Assembly (NCBI GenBank): GCA_037481835.1
Contig: JBBFKW010000017.1
Span: 1 to 64,000 of the forward strand
From: Desulfosoma sp.
GTDB lineage: Bacteria; Desulfobacterota; Syntrophobacteria; Syntrophobacterales; DSM-9756
Reading direction: 5' to 3'
DNA length: 64,000 bases
In this document: one piece after another, positions 17,609 through 26,588 of the stretch
How the letters are laid out: each line of letters begins with the position of its first letter
Position numbering within the stretch: the first letter of the stretch is position 1
Notes under the pieces: generated by a model
What the model saw: only the letters and a program-made list of their open reading frames with translations
What the model was told of the DNA's origin: nothing
Databases searched by the model: none
Position numbers and translations under genes: made by a program

Positions 17609-18895
17609 ATGGAACCGTGGCAGGTTCTCTACAACGTGGTTTTGAGCGCTTCATGGCCGCTGTTCTGGCTTTTTTACCGCATCGAAGAAAGAACCACGGG
17701 GAAATATGCCGCCTCCTATCCACACCGGCTCGGGCTTCGCCTTCCCGACCCGTCACCGGCGAATTCTCGGCCCGTGTGGATCCACGCGCTGTCCGTGGGC
17801 GAAACCCTTTCCACGCTGCCTCTCGTGCATCGGATCAAGGCTCTTCGACCCGATGTGCCCCTTTGGTTTTCGACCGCAACGGACAAAGGATACCGCGTGG
17901 CGCGAAAGGATTTGGGGACCGTGGCCGAAGCCGTCTTCTTTCTTCCGCACGATCACCTCTGGAACATGACCCGATTGGTGGCCCGACTGAATCCCGCCGT
18001 TTTCGTGCTGGTGGAAACGGACCTGTGGCCCAATCTCTTGTGGGTTCTCAAGAAAAGGCATGTTCCCGCCTTCATGGTCAACGCCCGGCTCTCCCCCCGT
18101 TCCTTTTCGCGCTACGCCCGACTGGCGAGCCTGGGACGCCGGATTCTTGATTCTCTGGACAGGATCTATGTCCAATCACAGGAAGACGCCCATCGATTCG
18201 CCCGGTTGGGAGTGCCGCCGGATCGTTTGCGGGTCGCCGGCAACTTGAAATTCGATTTGGCCGTCCTCCAAAAGGAAAAGTTTTCCACAGGGCGCGACGG
18301 CTTTCGGCTGCTGGGAGCACGGCAGCGGCCTGTATGGATCGCCGGAAGCACCCACCACGGCGAAGAAGGCCTCGTCCTCGATGCCCATCGGGGAATCCTC
18401 CGCCAAAACCCGGACGCTCTGCTGATTTTGGCGCCGCGACACATCGAGCGGACACCCGCCATCACCAGGCTGTGCGACGAAAGATCCCTTCGATGGGAAC
18501 TCAGAAGCCGAGGCCGGCCGATTGGCGACGCCCATGTCTTTGTGCTGGATTCCATCGGGGAGCTGGCGTCCTTCTATCCCATGGCGCGAGGGGCCTTCAT
18601 CGGAGGCAGTTTCGTTCCTCTGGGCGGGCACAATCCTTTGGAAGCCGCCGTTCATGGTGTTCCCTGTTGTTGGGGCCCTCATCTTTATAACTTTCGGGAA
18701 ATCGAGGCCTTTCTCGTCAAGGAAGGCTGCGGTCGGCCGGTCGGGAACGGGGATGCGTTGAGCGCGTTTATCTTGGAAACCATGGCGGATGCCCTGTGGG
18801 ATCCTCAACGGCGCATGGACTGCGCGCGGAAGGTCTGCGCCCAGGCCGGGGCGGCCTCCATGCTCGCCCGAGACATCACCGCTTTGTTGGCGTAA
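17609..18895 (+). CDS. waaA: Kdo transferase
   Basis: WIHALSVGE, ETDLWPN, GNLKFD, AGSTHHGEE, APRH, GGHNPLE. Confidence 0.95.
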   Translation: MEPWQVLYNVVLSASWPLFWLFYRIEERTTGKYAASYPHRLGLRLPDPSPANSRPVWIHALSVGETLSTLPLVHRIKALRPDVPLWFSTATDKGYRVARKDLGTVAEAVFFLPHDHLWNMTRLVARLNPAVFVLVETDLWPNLLWVLKKRHVPAFMVNARLSPRSFSRYARLASLGRRILDSLDRIYVQSQEDAHRFARLGVPPDRLRVAGNLKFDLAVLQKEKFSTGRDGFRLLGARQRPVWIAGSTHHGEEGLVLDAHRGILRQNPDALLILAPRHIERTPAITRLCDERSLRWELRSRGRPIGDAHVFVLDSIGELASFYPMARGAFIGGSFVPLGGHNPLEAAVHGVPCCWGPHLYNFREIEAFLVKEGCGRPVGNGDALSAFILETMADALWDPQRRMDCARKVCAQAGAASMLARDITALLA

Positions 18896-18993
18896 TGCGG
18901 CACGGCCGTTGACTTCCCATCGCCCTTGTGCTAAGAAGCCGTCGCAGCTTCGGAAGGGATGATCAGCAGCGAACGGAGGCACTCTGAAAGTCG

Positions 18994-19266
18994 GTGGCCG
19001 AAGTCGAGCAGGATTTCATCGTTCCCAACAAATTGGGTTTCCACGCACGGGTTGCAGCCAAAATCGTCAAGGTAGCCACCCAATTTCAGGCCGACGTTCT
19101 GATCGCCAAAGATCACACCGTCGTCAACGGGAAGAGTATACTTGACATTCTGAGCCTGGAATGCCCGAGAGGGACGAAAGTCAAGGTGATTTCCCGGGGT
19201 GAGGACGCCGAAGACGCACTCAGGGCTCTCGCGCACCTTTTTCAAAGCAACTTTGGGGAAACGTAG
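18994..19266 (+). CDS. ptsH: Phosphocarrier protein HPr
   Basis: GFHARVAA (His15) and NGKSILDIL (Ser46). Confidence 0.95.
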   Translation: MAEVEQDFIVPNKLGFHARVAAKIVKVATQFQADVLIAKDHTVVNGKSILDILSLECPRGTKVKVISRGEDAEDALRALAHLFQSNFGET

Positions 19267-19285
19267 AACCTGGACCGCACAACCC

Positions 19286-19381
19286 TCCGACGGCGCACGC
19301 CACTGACCGAGACGACCACCGAGCAAGGGCCAGCCCGTAAGGCTCAGAGGTCTCCTCGGTTTTTTAATGCGCGGCGTCGGA
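19286..19381 (+). other. Nested stem-loop element between ptsH and ptsI (possible attenuator or structured RNA)
   Basis: TCCGACG-GCGCA (19286-97) pairs with TGCGC..CGTCGGA (19368-81); ACCGAGACGACC (19306-17) with GGTCTCCTCGGT (19349-60), followed by a T-run. Confidence 0.5.
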
Positions 19382-19411
19382 TGGCCGACCCGTCGAGCGT
19401 CAGGTAACGGC

Positions 19412-21235
19412 ATGGACAAAGAACCCATTCGGTTGAAAGGCTTCGGGGTTTCCCCGGGGATTGCCATCGGAAAAGCGTTTCTTGCGGAAGAAAACCACAT
19501 TTCCATTCCTCTCCACACGCTCCACGGGGATGAAGAAATCGAGCAAGAATGCGCCCTTTTGCAGGAAGCCATTGAAAAGGTGGAGCAAGATCTTGAAAGA
19601 ACCAAGCAGGGCATCCCTGCCGATCTCAAGGATCATGCCCACATCCTCGACGCCCACCAGCTCATCTTGCGTGATCCCCTGTTCTTCAATCAGACTCTTC
19701 AAACCATCCGCAGGGAACGCCTCAACGCCATGCAGGCCTTGAAGCGGTCCATCGGGCGCATTTCGGAACTCTTCGCCGCCATGGACGACGATTATATCCG
19801 CAGCCGGGCCGCGGACGTCCGCAGCATCGGCCATCGGATCCTGCGCTATCTGGCGGGCCAGAAGGCAAGCAGTTTCGACGAGATTCGCGAGCGGGTGATC
19901 ATCGTCGCACGAGACATCTCCCCTGCCGATGCCGCGCAAATCCAATTGGAAAAGACCCTGGGCTTCATCACCGACACGGGCGGCCAAACGTCTCATACGG
20001 CCATCATTGCGCGAGCCCTGGGCATCCCGGCCATTGTGGGGGCGGAAAGGGCGTCGAAGACCATCCGCACGGGGGATCTCGTGATCGTGGACGGAGCCAG
20101 CGGGCGGATCATCGTCCACCCGACGGATGAGCAGATCGCCTTCTATTACGAACTCCAGGACGCCCTGGAAAGCTACCTCAAGGAAATCACGCGCAAGGCC
20201 CACCTTCCGGCGGTCACCCAGGACGGATACAAGATCCGCGTGGAAGCCAACATTGAGCTCATCGAGGAGGTGGTGGCCGCCAAAGACCACGGGGCGGAAT
20301 CCATCGGCCTGTACCGCACGGAATTCTCCTATTTGAATCGTGAATCCCCGCCGGACGAGGAAGATCTCTATCAGGAGTACAAAGAACTCGCAGAGCTCAT
20401 GGCACCTGCTTTCGTCACCGTTCGGACCCTGGACCTGGGGGCCGAAAAGCTGGGAACCTGGATGGCGCCCATCGACCAGGAAAACCCTGCGCTCGGCTTG
20501 CGCGGAATCCGTTTGTGTTTGCAAAACAGGGAATTCTTCAAGACCCAGCTGCGGGCCATTCTCAGAGCCGGCGCCGTCGCCCGTAACATCCGCGTGATGC
20601 TCCCGATGATTTCCGGGACGGGCGAACTGCGGCAGGCCAAAGCCGTTTACGAGGAAGCGAAACAGGAATTGCGCCGGCGCAGGGTTCCCTTTGACGAAAC
20701 CATGCCCTTCGGGATCATGATCGAGGTGCCCTCCGCGGTGGCCGTCGCCGATGTGCTGGCCCGGGAAGTGGACTTCTTCAGCATCGGCACCAACGATCTC
20801 ATCCAATATACTCTGGGCATCGACCGGGTGAATCGGCACGTGGCCCACCTGTACGATCCGCTGCATCCGGCGGTGATCCGCCTTATCCGGCAGGTGGTTG
20901 GCACGGCCCACGAGGCCGGCATTCCTGTCACGATTTGCGGGGAAATGGCCGGGGAACCCCTCTATGTCCCCCTTCTGCTCGGCCTGGAATTGGACTGCCT
21001 GAGCATGAACCCCCAGGCCATCCCGAGGGTCAAGAATCTGGTCCGCCGCTCGACCCTGGAAGAATGCCGCCGATTCGCCCGCACGGCCTTGGCGCTCACA
21101 ACCGCCGCGGACATCCGGGATGCGTTGCAGGAGCTCGTCGTGCGAGTTTTTCCCGAGGAATTCAAGTTTTTCGATCCCCAGGCCGTCAAGCCGAATCACC
21201 GCAGCGGCGATTGGGGAACAAGGTTTTCCCGATGA
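19412..21235 (+). CDS. ptsI: PTS enzyme I (PEP-protein phosphotransferase)
   Basis: [51 protein letters not shown]. Confidence 0.97.
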   Translation: MDKEPIRLKGFGVSPGIAIGKAFLAEENHISIPLHTLHGDEEIEQECALLQEAIEKVEQDLERTKQGIPADLKDHAHILDAHQLILRDPLFFNQTLQTIRRERLNAMQALKRSIGRISELFAAMDDDYIRSRAADVRSIGHRILRYLAGQKASSFDEIRERVIIVARDISPADAAQIQLEKTLGFITDTGGQTSHTAIIARALGIPAIVGAERASKTIRTGDLVIVDGASGRIIVHPTDEQIAFYYELQDALESYLKEITRKAHLPAVTQDGYKIRVEANIELIEEVVAAKDHGAESIGLYRTEFSYLNRESPPDEEDLYQEYKELAELMAPAFVTVRTLDLGAEKLGTWMAPIDQENPALGLRGIRLCLQNREFFKTQLRAILRAGAVARNIRVMLPMISGTGELRQAKAVYEEAKQELRRRRVPFDETMPFGIMIEVPSAVAVADVLAREVDFFSIGTNDLIQYTLGIDRVNRHVAHLYDPLHPAVIRLIRQVVGTAHEAGIPVTICGEMAGEPLYVPLLLGLELDCLSMNPQAIPRVKNLVRRSTLEECRRFARTALALTTAADIRDALQELVVRVFPEEFKFFDPQAVKPNHRSGDWGTRFSR

Positions 21236-21720
21236 AGAAAGCACCGGCCGCCGTCAAGAACGGCATCAAGATCGTCTGCCAGAACAAAAAGGCCTTCCAC
21301 GATTACGAAATCCTTGAGACCCTGGAAGCCGGGATGGTCCTTACGGGCACCGAAGTGAAATCCCTTCGGGAAGGCCGGGCAAACCTCAAGGACAGTTACG
21401 CCCGGATCAAGGGCGGCGAAATCTGGCTTTACGATTTCCACATCAGCCCTTATCCGTGCGCGTCCTACAACAACCACGAGCCCGAAAGGACGCGCAAGCT
21501 CCTCATGCACCGTCGGGAAATCCGGCGCCTTGCCGGCAAGACCCAGGAAAAGGGCCTCACCCTCGTGCCCTTAAAAGTCTATTTTTCCAAGGGCAAGGCC
21601 AAGGTGGAAATCGCCCTGGCCCGCGGGAAGAAAGACTATGACAAGCGCGAACGCATCAAGCAAAAAGAGGAAGCGCGGGAAATGGACCGGCTCCGCAAGA
21701 AGTACAACATCTCTTCCTGA
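21232..21720 (+). CDS. smpB: SsrA-binding protein
   Basis: [46 protein letters not shown] overlap with ptsI. Confidence 0.98.
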   Translation: MKKAPAAVKNGIKIVCQNKKAFHDYEILETLEAGMVLTGTEVKSLREGRANLKDSYARIKGGEIWLYDFHISPYPCASYNNHEPERTRKLLMHRREIRRLAGKTQEKGLTLVPLKVYFSKGKAKVEIALARGKKDYDKRERIKQKEEAREMDRLRKKYNISS

Positions 21721-21765
21721 CCGGCTTTCGCTGTGAGCCGTTGCGCCAAGGAACCCGAGTTTTCC

Positions 21766-21794
21766 TTGACAGAATGCGGGCCCGTTTTTAATAT
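21766..21794 (+). promoter_or_regulatory. Sigma70 promoter of tRNA-Leu
   Basis: TTGACA-N17-TAATAT ending 11 bp before the tRNA. Confidence 0.8.
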
Positions 21795-21805
21795 GGCCTC
21801 GCTTC

Positions 21806-21893
21806 GCCGGAGTGGTGAAACAGGTAGACGCGCTGGACTCAAAATCCAGTGGGCCTCGAGCCCGTGAGAGTTCGAGTCTCTCCTCCGGCACCA
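21806..21893 (+). tRNA. tRNA-Leu (anticodon CAA)
   Basis: GCCGGAGTGGTGAAACAGGTAGACGCGCTGGACTCAAAATCCAG...GTTCGAGTCTCTCCTCCGGCACCA; long variable arm. Confidence 0.97.
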
Positions 21894-21905
21894 GAAAATG
21901 CGAGC

Positions 21906-21938
21906 GGGGGTGTGGATGTTCCCACACCCCCTTTTTTT
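21906..21938 (+). terminator. Rho-independent terminator
   Basis: GGGGGTGTGG-atgttc-CCACACCCCC followed by T7. Confidence 0.9.
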
Positions 21939-22023
21939 GGCTCTCACGAGATCGGATTTTCGCCGCCTTAGTCTTTGCCCGCTATTTATTCTGCAAGGCT
22001 CCCCAGCCCAACCCTATGCAGTA

Positions 22024-22065
22024 GTAAGCGTCCGGCGAACCCCACCTTCCCCAGTCAGCCAAGAT
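22024..22065 (+). mobile_element. Isolated IS66-type terminal inverted repeat
   Basis: GTAAGCGTCCGGCGAACCCCACCTT resembles IS66-family ends; no transposase attached. Confidence 0.5.
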
Positions 22066-22494
22066 GGTCTATTGTGGACCCCAAAAATGAGACACCATGT
22101 TAAGGTGTGTTTTCCTAGGAAAGGGGGGTCCGATGAAACGGAAAAGATTCAGCAAGGAATTTAAGGCGAAAGTGGCCCTGGAAGCGCTCAAAGGCCAGCG
22201 GACAGCGATCGAGCTGGCTCAGGAGTTCGGGGTCCATGTCAATCAGATCAATCTGTGGAAGAAACAGCTGATTGAAAACGCGGCAGAGCTCTTTGACCGG
22301 CGGGAGGCCAAGAAGGAAAAGAAGAGAGAAAAAGAACGCGAGCGGCTTTACCAGAAGGTTGGTCAGTTGCAGGTGGAGGTGGACTGGTAAAAAAAAACGA
22401 CCGGATTGCTCGACTGAGTGTGGCCGAAAAGCGGGCGAGGATCGAACCCGATCATCCCGAACTGAGTGTGAGCCGCCAATGTGAGCTTCTGGGG
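22066..22494 (+). mobile_element. IS3-family remnant (orfA 22133-22390, A-run frameshift site, first ~25 codons of orfB)
   Basis: MKRKRFSKEFKAKVALEAL...LYQKVGQLQVEVDW*; A9 run; orfB start RARIEPDHPELSVSRQCELLG then truncated. Confidence 0.85.
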
Positions 22495-22938
22495 GAAGTG
22501 GACCCTCTCAGTTGCCCCCGGTGCCACCATGAGATGAAGATCATTAGCCTGATCAATCAACCCGAGGTGATCGAGCGCATCCTCCGCCATCTCGGGCTGT
22601 GGAAACAGCAAACGGCTCCATCCGGGAGGAAAGAAAAACCACCGGAACATGGGCCGGTTGTCATGGAGGATTTCGACGACGGGTGGCCCGGGTATGAACA
22701 ACCCGCCATTGTTTATCACTAGACTTCGGCGCTGGAGACAGTCCCCGCAAGCCGCCACGGGAGCGGTTTGCCCGCATGTCTGCCCGTCCCCTCCACACAA
22801 AGAAGCCACCCTCGCGAGCGACTTACCCCAACACCCTTCTACCTTGTCGGAAAATCGAGACAAAAACGTGCCGACAATGTGCTTGACACCCCCCAGCATC
22901 CCTGCTACTCAAAAACCGTCTGAAAGCGATTTCTTATC
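22495..22938 (+). mobile_element. IS91/ISCR-like rolling-circle element 3' remnant with oriIS-like end
   Basis: EVDPLSCPRCHHEMKIISLINQPEVIERILRHLGLW is typical of the C-terminus of IS91-like transposases; ends at GAAAGCGATTTCTTATC (22922-22938). Confidence 0.6.
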
Positions 22939-23584
22939 ACTCCGTTCGCTCTTCTCCAAATACGATCTGCTGGCCAACCCCCCCGGCGCTGGATTTCCGG
23001 AACCCTGGCGGCTCCCTTGCGCCTGCTGGGAATCCTCAAGGGCTCTCCCTATCCGGGAAGGCGCGAGTCGCTGGAACGTGTCGCGGTTTTCCCGCCGGGT
23101 TCTGGAAGAGTCCCTGCAGGGAAAGGAAGAGAGCCGACTTTATCTCGCCATTTTGGATCGGGGCGCCGTCCTCCGCCCGCAGGAGGTGGTGGAGTTTGTG
23201 GACCGGGAGCAGGAAAAGCTCATCGACTGGCTCCAGTCGGTCTTTTCCGACCTGGCCGAGGGACTGCCCAAGGGGAAGGACTGGGGGATCTATTCCACCT
23301 CCGTCTTGTGGGGCCTTCTGATCGTCAGCCTGGAAACGGTCCTGGGCGGCGGGTTCACCATGGTGGACGCCGTGCTGGAGGCGGCCGTCGCCCCCTACGG
23401 AACCAAGGAGGCCGTGGAGCTTTTCGCCTATCGGGAGATCCAAAAGATCGCCCGGGAGCTGTCCGAACGCTACCGCGCCGGCCTGACGGCCGTGATCGAC
23501 GAACAGCACCGGCGCTTCCTGGCCTGCCTGGAAGAGGTGAGCCCAGGCCCGGAGCTGAGGGAGGCGGTAACAAACGAGCTGTAG
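22939..23584 (+). pseudogene. C-terminal fragment of a larger protein (possibly GTPase/dynamin-like)
   Basis: Protein-like frame (WGIYSTSVLWGLLIVSLETVLGGGFT...AVELFAYREIQKIARELSERY) with no credible start, beginning at the IS91-like end. Confidence 0.5.
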
Positions 23585-23634
23585 CGACAGGGCACCATGC
23601 GTTCGTGAAGGGCGACTTTTGTATAGGAGATTTC

Positions 23635-23883
23635 ATGACCGAATACCAGTTTTCAGAGCATGCTTATGATATGCTTAGAGAGAGGCAAATACGGGAGGAG
23701 TGGGTCAACTTGGCGATAGAAGACCCTGACAAAGAAGAAGTCAAGGAGGATGGAACGGTTCACTATATTCGCGCAATTCAAGATCATGGCGGGCGTTATC
23801 TGCGCGTTGTTATAAATCCTCACGTCCAGCCCCGAAGAATAGTTACCGTCTTCTTTGACCGCAGGATCAGGAGGTTGGGATGA
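23635..23883 (+). CDS. DUF4258 family protein, putative RelE/BrnT-like toxin
   Basis: AGGAGA RBS; FSEHAYDMLRERQI...GRYLRVVIN...IVTVFFDRR. Confidence 0.85.
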   Translation: MTEYQFSEHAYDMLRERQIREEWVNLAIEDPDKEEVKEDGTVHYIRAIQDHGGRYLRVVINPHVQPRRIVTVFFDRRIRRLG

Positions 23884-24080
23884 GACTCAAAGTAGATCAC
23901 AAAAATGATGCCTTATATCTGCGCCTTGACGAATCAGCTATTGTGGAGTCCGAGGAAATCAAACCGGGCGTGATTCTTGACTACGACGCAAACGACAACG
24001 TGGTGGGCATTGAGATACTTGGCATAAGCTCGCGCGTTCCCATCGAGATGCTCAAGAGCTTGCACTTTGAAACGGTGTGA
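23880..24080 (+). CDS. DUF2283 family protein, putative antitoxin
   Basis: DALYLRL...SEEIKPGVILDYDANDNVVGIEIL; ATGA overlap with the DUF4258 gene. Confidence 0.88.
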   Translation: MRLKVDHKNDALYLRLDESAIVESEEIKPGVILDYDANDNVVGIEILGISSRVPIEMLKSLHFETV

Positions 24081-24117
24081 GCTGGTGAAATCTTCTCCCG
24101 GCAACCGATGGCGATAG

Positions 24118-25385
24118 GTAAGCTCTCACAGAGTAGATTTTTTGCTGGCGACCTCGGCTGATTTTGGGTCCGGTCCCTCCATCATCAAACGGAGGGAAAC
24201 CGTTGCCGGAAAAATCCTGGACCATACGGGGTCGCCCCATCGGAGAAGCCGAACTCGATGGCATCCGCGCCACTTTCGCAAAGCACTGGGACAATCGGCT
24301 GCCGGGATGCCTTTATCGGCTGGGACCCTGCCACCCGCGAGGCCAACCTTCACAAGGTGGTCAACAATGTCCGATTCCTTATCCTCCCCTGGGTCCGAGT
24401 GACCCACCTGGCCTCGAAGCTCCTGGCTGCCAATGTGAAGCTCCTGGTTCGCGACTGGCACGATCACTATCGACAACCCCTGGCCCTGCTGGAAACCTTC
24501 GTCGAGAAGGACTGCTTTGAAGGCACCTGTTACAAAGCGGCCAACTGGCTCAAAGTGGGGCTCACCAAAGGCCGGGGAAAATACGACCAGCACACCTACT
24601 CCAAGCCCGTCAAGGCCGTTTTCCTCTACCCCCTGCGCAAAGATTTCCGGGAGATGCTTCATGCCTAATCTTAAGGACATGGAGATCAACAGAGCCATCC
24701 TGGAAAAGGCGTCCAGGGAAACCCTTATCCAAATCATCGAGTTTCAGGCGGCACGGATAGCCCAACTGGAAGCGCGCATTGAAGAGCTTGAAGCCCGGAT
24801 CAACCAGAACTCCTCCAACTCCAACAAGCCGCCTTCCTCCGAACAGGTTATGGTCCCCGGCTGTCCGCCCTGATCGCCGAACTGAGCGGCATCGACGGCG
24901 CCGGCAGGGAAACCATCCAGACCTTTCTCGCGTCAGTGCTCGGGGTCCCCATCAGCCAGGGAGCGATCCAGAAGGTGATCGATCGAGTGTCGCGGGCCAT
25001 CGAACCTCACTATGAGGCGATCCAGGAAGCCGCCCGGTCGTCGCCCATCAACCACCTGGATGAGACCCCGTGGTCCGATGGCGGTAAGCTCAAATGGCTT
25101 TGGGTCATGGCCAACCACGCGGTGGCCTTCTTCATGATCCACTCGCGGCGTTCCAAAAAGGCCTTCGAGGCGCTGATCGGCGCCTGGGTCGGCATCCTGG
25201 TCAGTGACAACTATGCCGTCTATCAGAAATGGGCCCACCAAAAGCAGACCTGCCTGGCTCACCTCATCCGGAGCGCGATCGGCCCGGCCGAACGGCGCGA
25301 TCCGCACCTGAGCCGTTGCGGAACCTGGGCGGCCAAGGAACTGCGGCGTTTGTGCCAGTGGAACAAGGATCCTCCCACCCTATGA
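24118..25385 (+). mobile_element. Degenerate IS66-family element with DUF4338 partner gene
   Basis: GTAAGCTCTCAC left end; internally deleted DUF4338 gene (~24203-24668: RFLILPWV, GTCYKAANW); transposase pieces NQNSSNSNKPPSS (24661-), HLDETPW, LVSDNYAVY, QTCLAHLIR; 3' truncated. Confidence 0.82.
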
Positions 25386-25501
25386 GCCTGCCCGAGAATG
25401 GCATATTCCTGGGAGCGCGGGCGTCTCGCCCGCTTCTCGTGCAGGCCGGAGGCCCGCGCTCCCAGGAGAAGAGGCCTTCGGGTTCGTTCTCAGACAGCCT
25501 C
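25384..25501. repeat. Small MITE/REP element abutting the secF stop codon
   Basis: Imperfect TIR GAGCCTGCCCGAGAA / TTCTCAGACAGCCTC (12/15) around a perfect 16-bp stem TCCTGGGAGCGCGGGC (25407-22) / (25452-67). Confidence 0.65.
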
Positions 25502-26566
25502 CTAGGCGCTGCGCTTGGCGGCCCCTTTGCCCGCCGTCCAATCCTCGTAGAAGATCAGAAGAGGGCTGGCGATGAAAATGGACGAATAAGTCCCCACGAT
25601 GATGCCCACGAGCAAGGCGAAGGCGAAATCGTGGATGACCGTCCCGCCCAGAAGAAACAAGAACACGATGACCAGCAAGGTGGTGCCCGAGGTGAGCAGG
25701 GTGCGGCTCAGGGTCTGGTTGATGCTTCGATTGATCAGGTCTTTGAAATCGCCTTTCCGCGATCCGCGCAAGTTTTCCCGGATGCGGTCGTAGACGATGA
25801 TGGTATCGTTCAAGGAATACCCCACGATGGTCAGAAGCGCCGCCACGATGGTCAGGTTGAATTCCTTGTTGAGCAGGGCGAAAATCCCCACCGTGATGAA
25901 AACGTCGTGGATCAAGGCCACGACGGCCCCCAAAGCGTAAGGGAGCTTCAAGATCCAGCACAGCACCAGCGTGATCACCAGCGCTCCGATGATGAGGTAG
26001 GTCATGGACAATCCGGTGAGCCCCAGGAGATAGACGCCCAGGAGCAAGGCCGCCGCCATGACCCCGCTGGTCCCCCACTTCAATTCAAACCGGCCGGAAA
26101 TGTAGAGGGCGATGAAAAGCAAGGCGTAGTAAATGGCGAGCAAGGCCTTTTGGCGCAGGTCCTCCCCCACCTTGGGGCCCACCATTTCCACCCGCAGGAT
26201 GGTGGCTTTCCCGGGGCCGTAGGCCTGATCCAGTCGTGCCTGGATATCGTCGCTGACCCGTTTGGCTTTTTCTTCGCTGATCTCCGAACGGACGATGAAC
26301 TCATTGTCCGAGGCCGCCCCCACCTGCTGGATGGCGCTCCGGCCGATGCCCAGATCCTTGAGGGCGTCCCGGATGGCGTCAGGCGTCGTGGCTTCCGAGA
26401 ATTTCACCTGGATGAGGGTGCCTCCCGAAAAGTCCACGCCCATGTTGAGTCCGCCCCGAAAGACAATGGCCAACGCCCCGAGAAGGATCAGCAGGACGGA
26501 AAGACTCACGGCCTTGACCCGCATGCCCACAAAATTGATGTTGATATCCGGTCTGATGAATTCCAT
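25502..26566 (-). CDS. secF: Protein translocase subunit SecF
   Basis: GLNMGVDFSGG, VGPKVGEDL, VGYSLNDTIIVYDRIREN, GTYSSIFIA. Confidence 0.97.
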   Translation of the reverse strand: MEFIRPDININFVGMRVKAVSLSVLLILLGALAIVFRGGLNMGVDFSGGTLIQVKFSEATTPDAIRDALKDLGIGRSAIQQVGAASDNEFIVRSEISEEKAKRVSDDIQARLDQAYGPGKATILRVEMVGPKVGEDLRQKALLAIYYALLFIALYISGRFELKWGTSGVMAAALLLGVYLLGLTGLSMTYLIIGALVITLVLCWILKLPYALGAVVALIHDVFITVGIFALLNKEFNLTIVAALLTIVGYSLNDTIIVYDRIRENLRGSRKGDFKDLINRSINQTLSRTLLTSGTTLLVIVFLFLLGGTVIHDFAFALLVGIIVGTYSSIFIASPLLIFYEDWTAGKGAAKRSA

Positions 26567-26588
26567 AGGCGGTCCCGATCTGCCCCCG

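Noticed and set aside
19267..19411. SRP RNA, 6S RNA or a known riboswitch
   Set aside because: Lacks the conserved SRP core, too short for 6S, no recognisable aptamer consensus; kept only as an unclassified structure
21721..22020. tmRNA (ssrA) next to smpB
   Set aside because: The RNA gene here is a canonical tRNA-Leu(CAA); no tmRNA 5' end or tag frame seen
23560..24117. Integron cassette (attC) around the TA pair
   Set aside because: No convincing RYYYAAC...GTTRRRY paired boxes and no integrase in the window
24203..24668. Druantia anti-phage system (DruA/DUF4338)
   Set aside because: Gene is internally deleted, lies inside an IS66 remnant, and no other Dru genes are present
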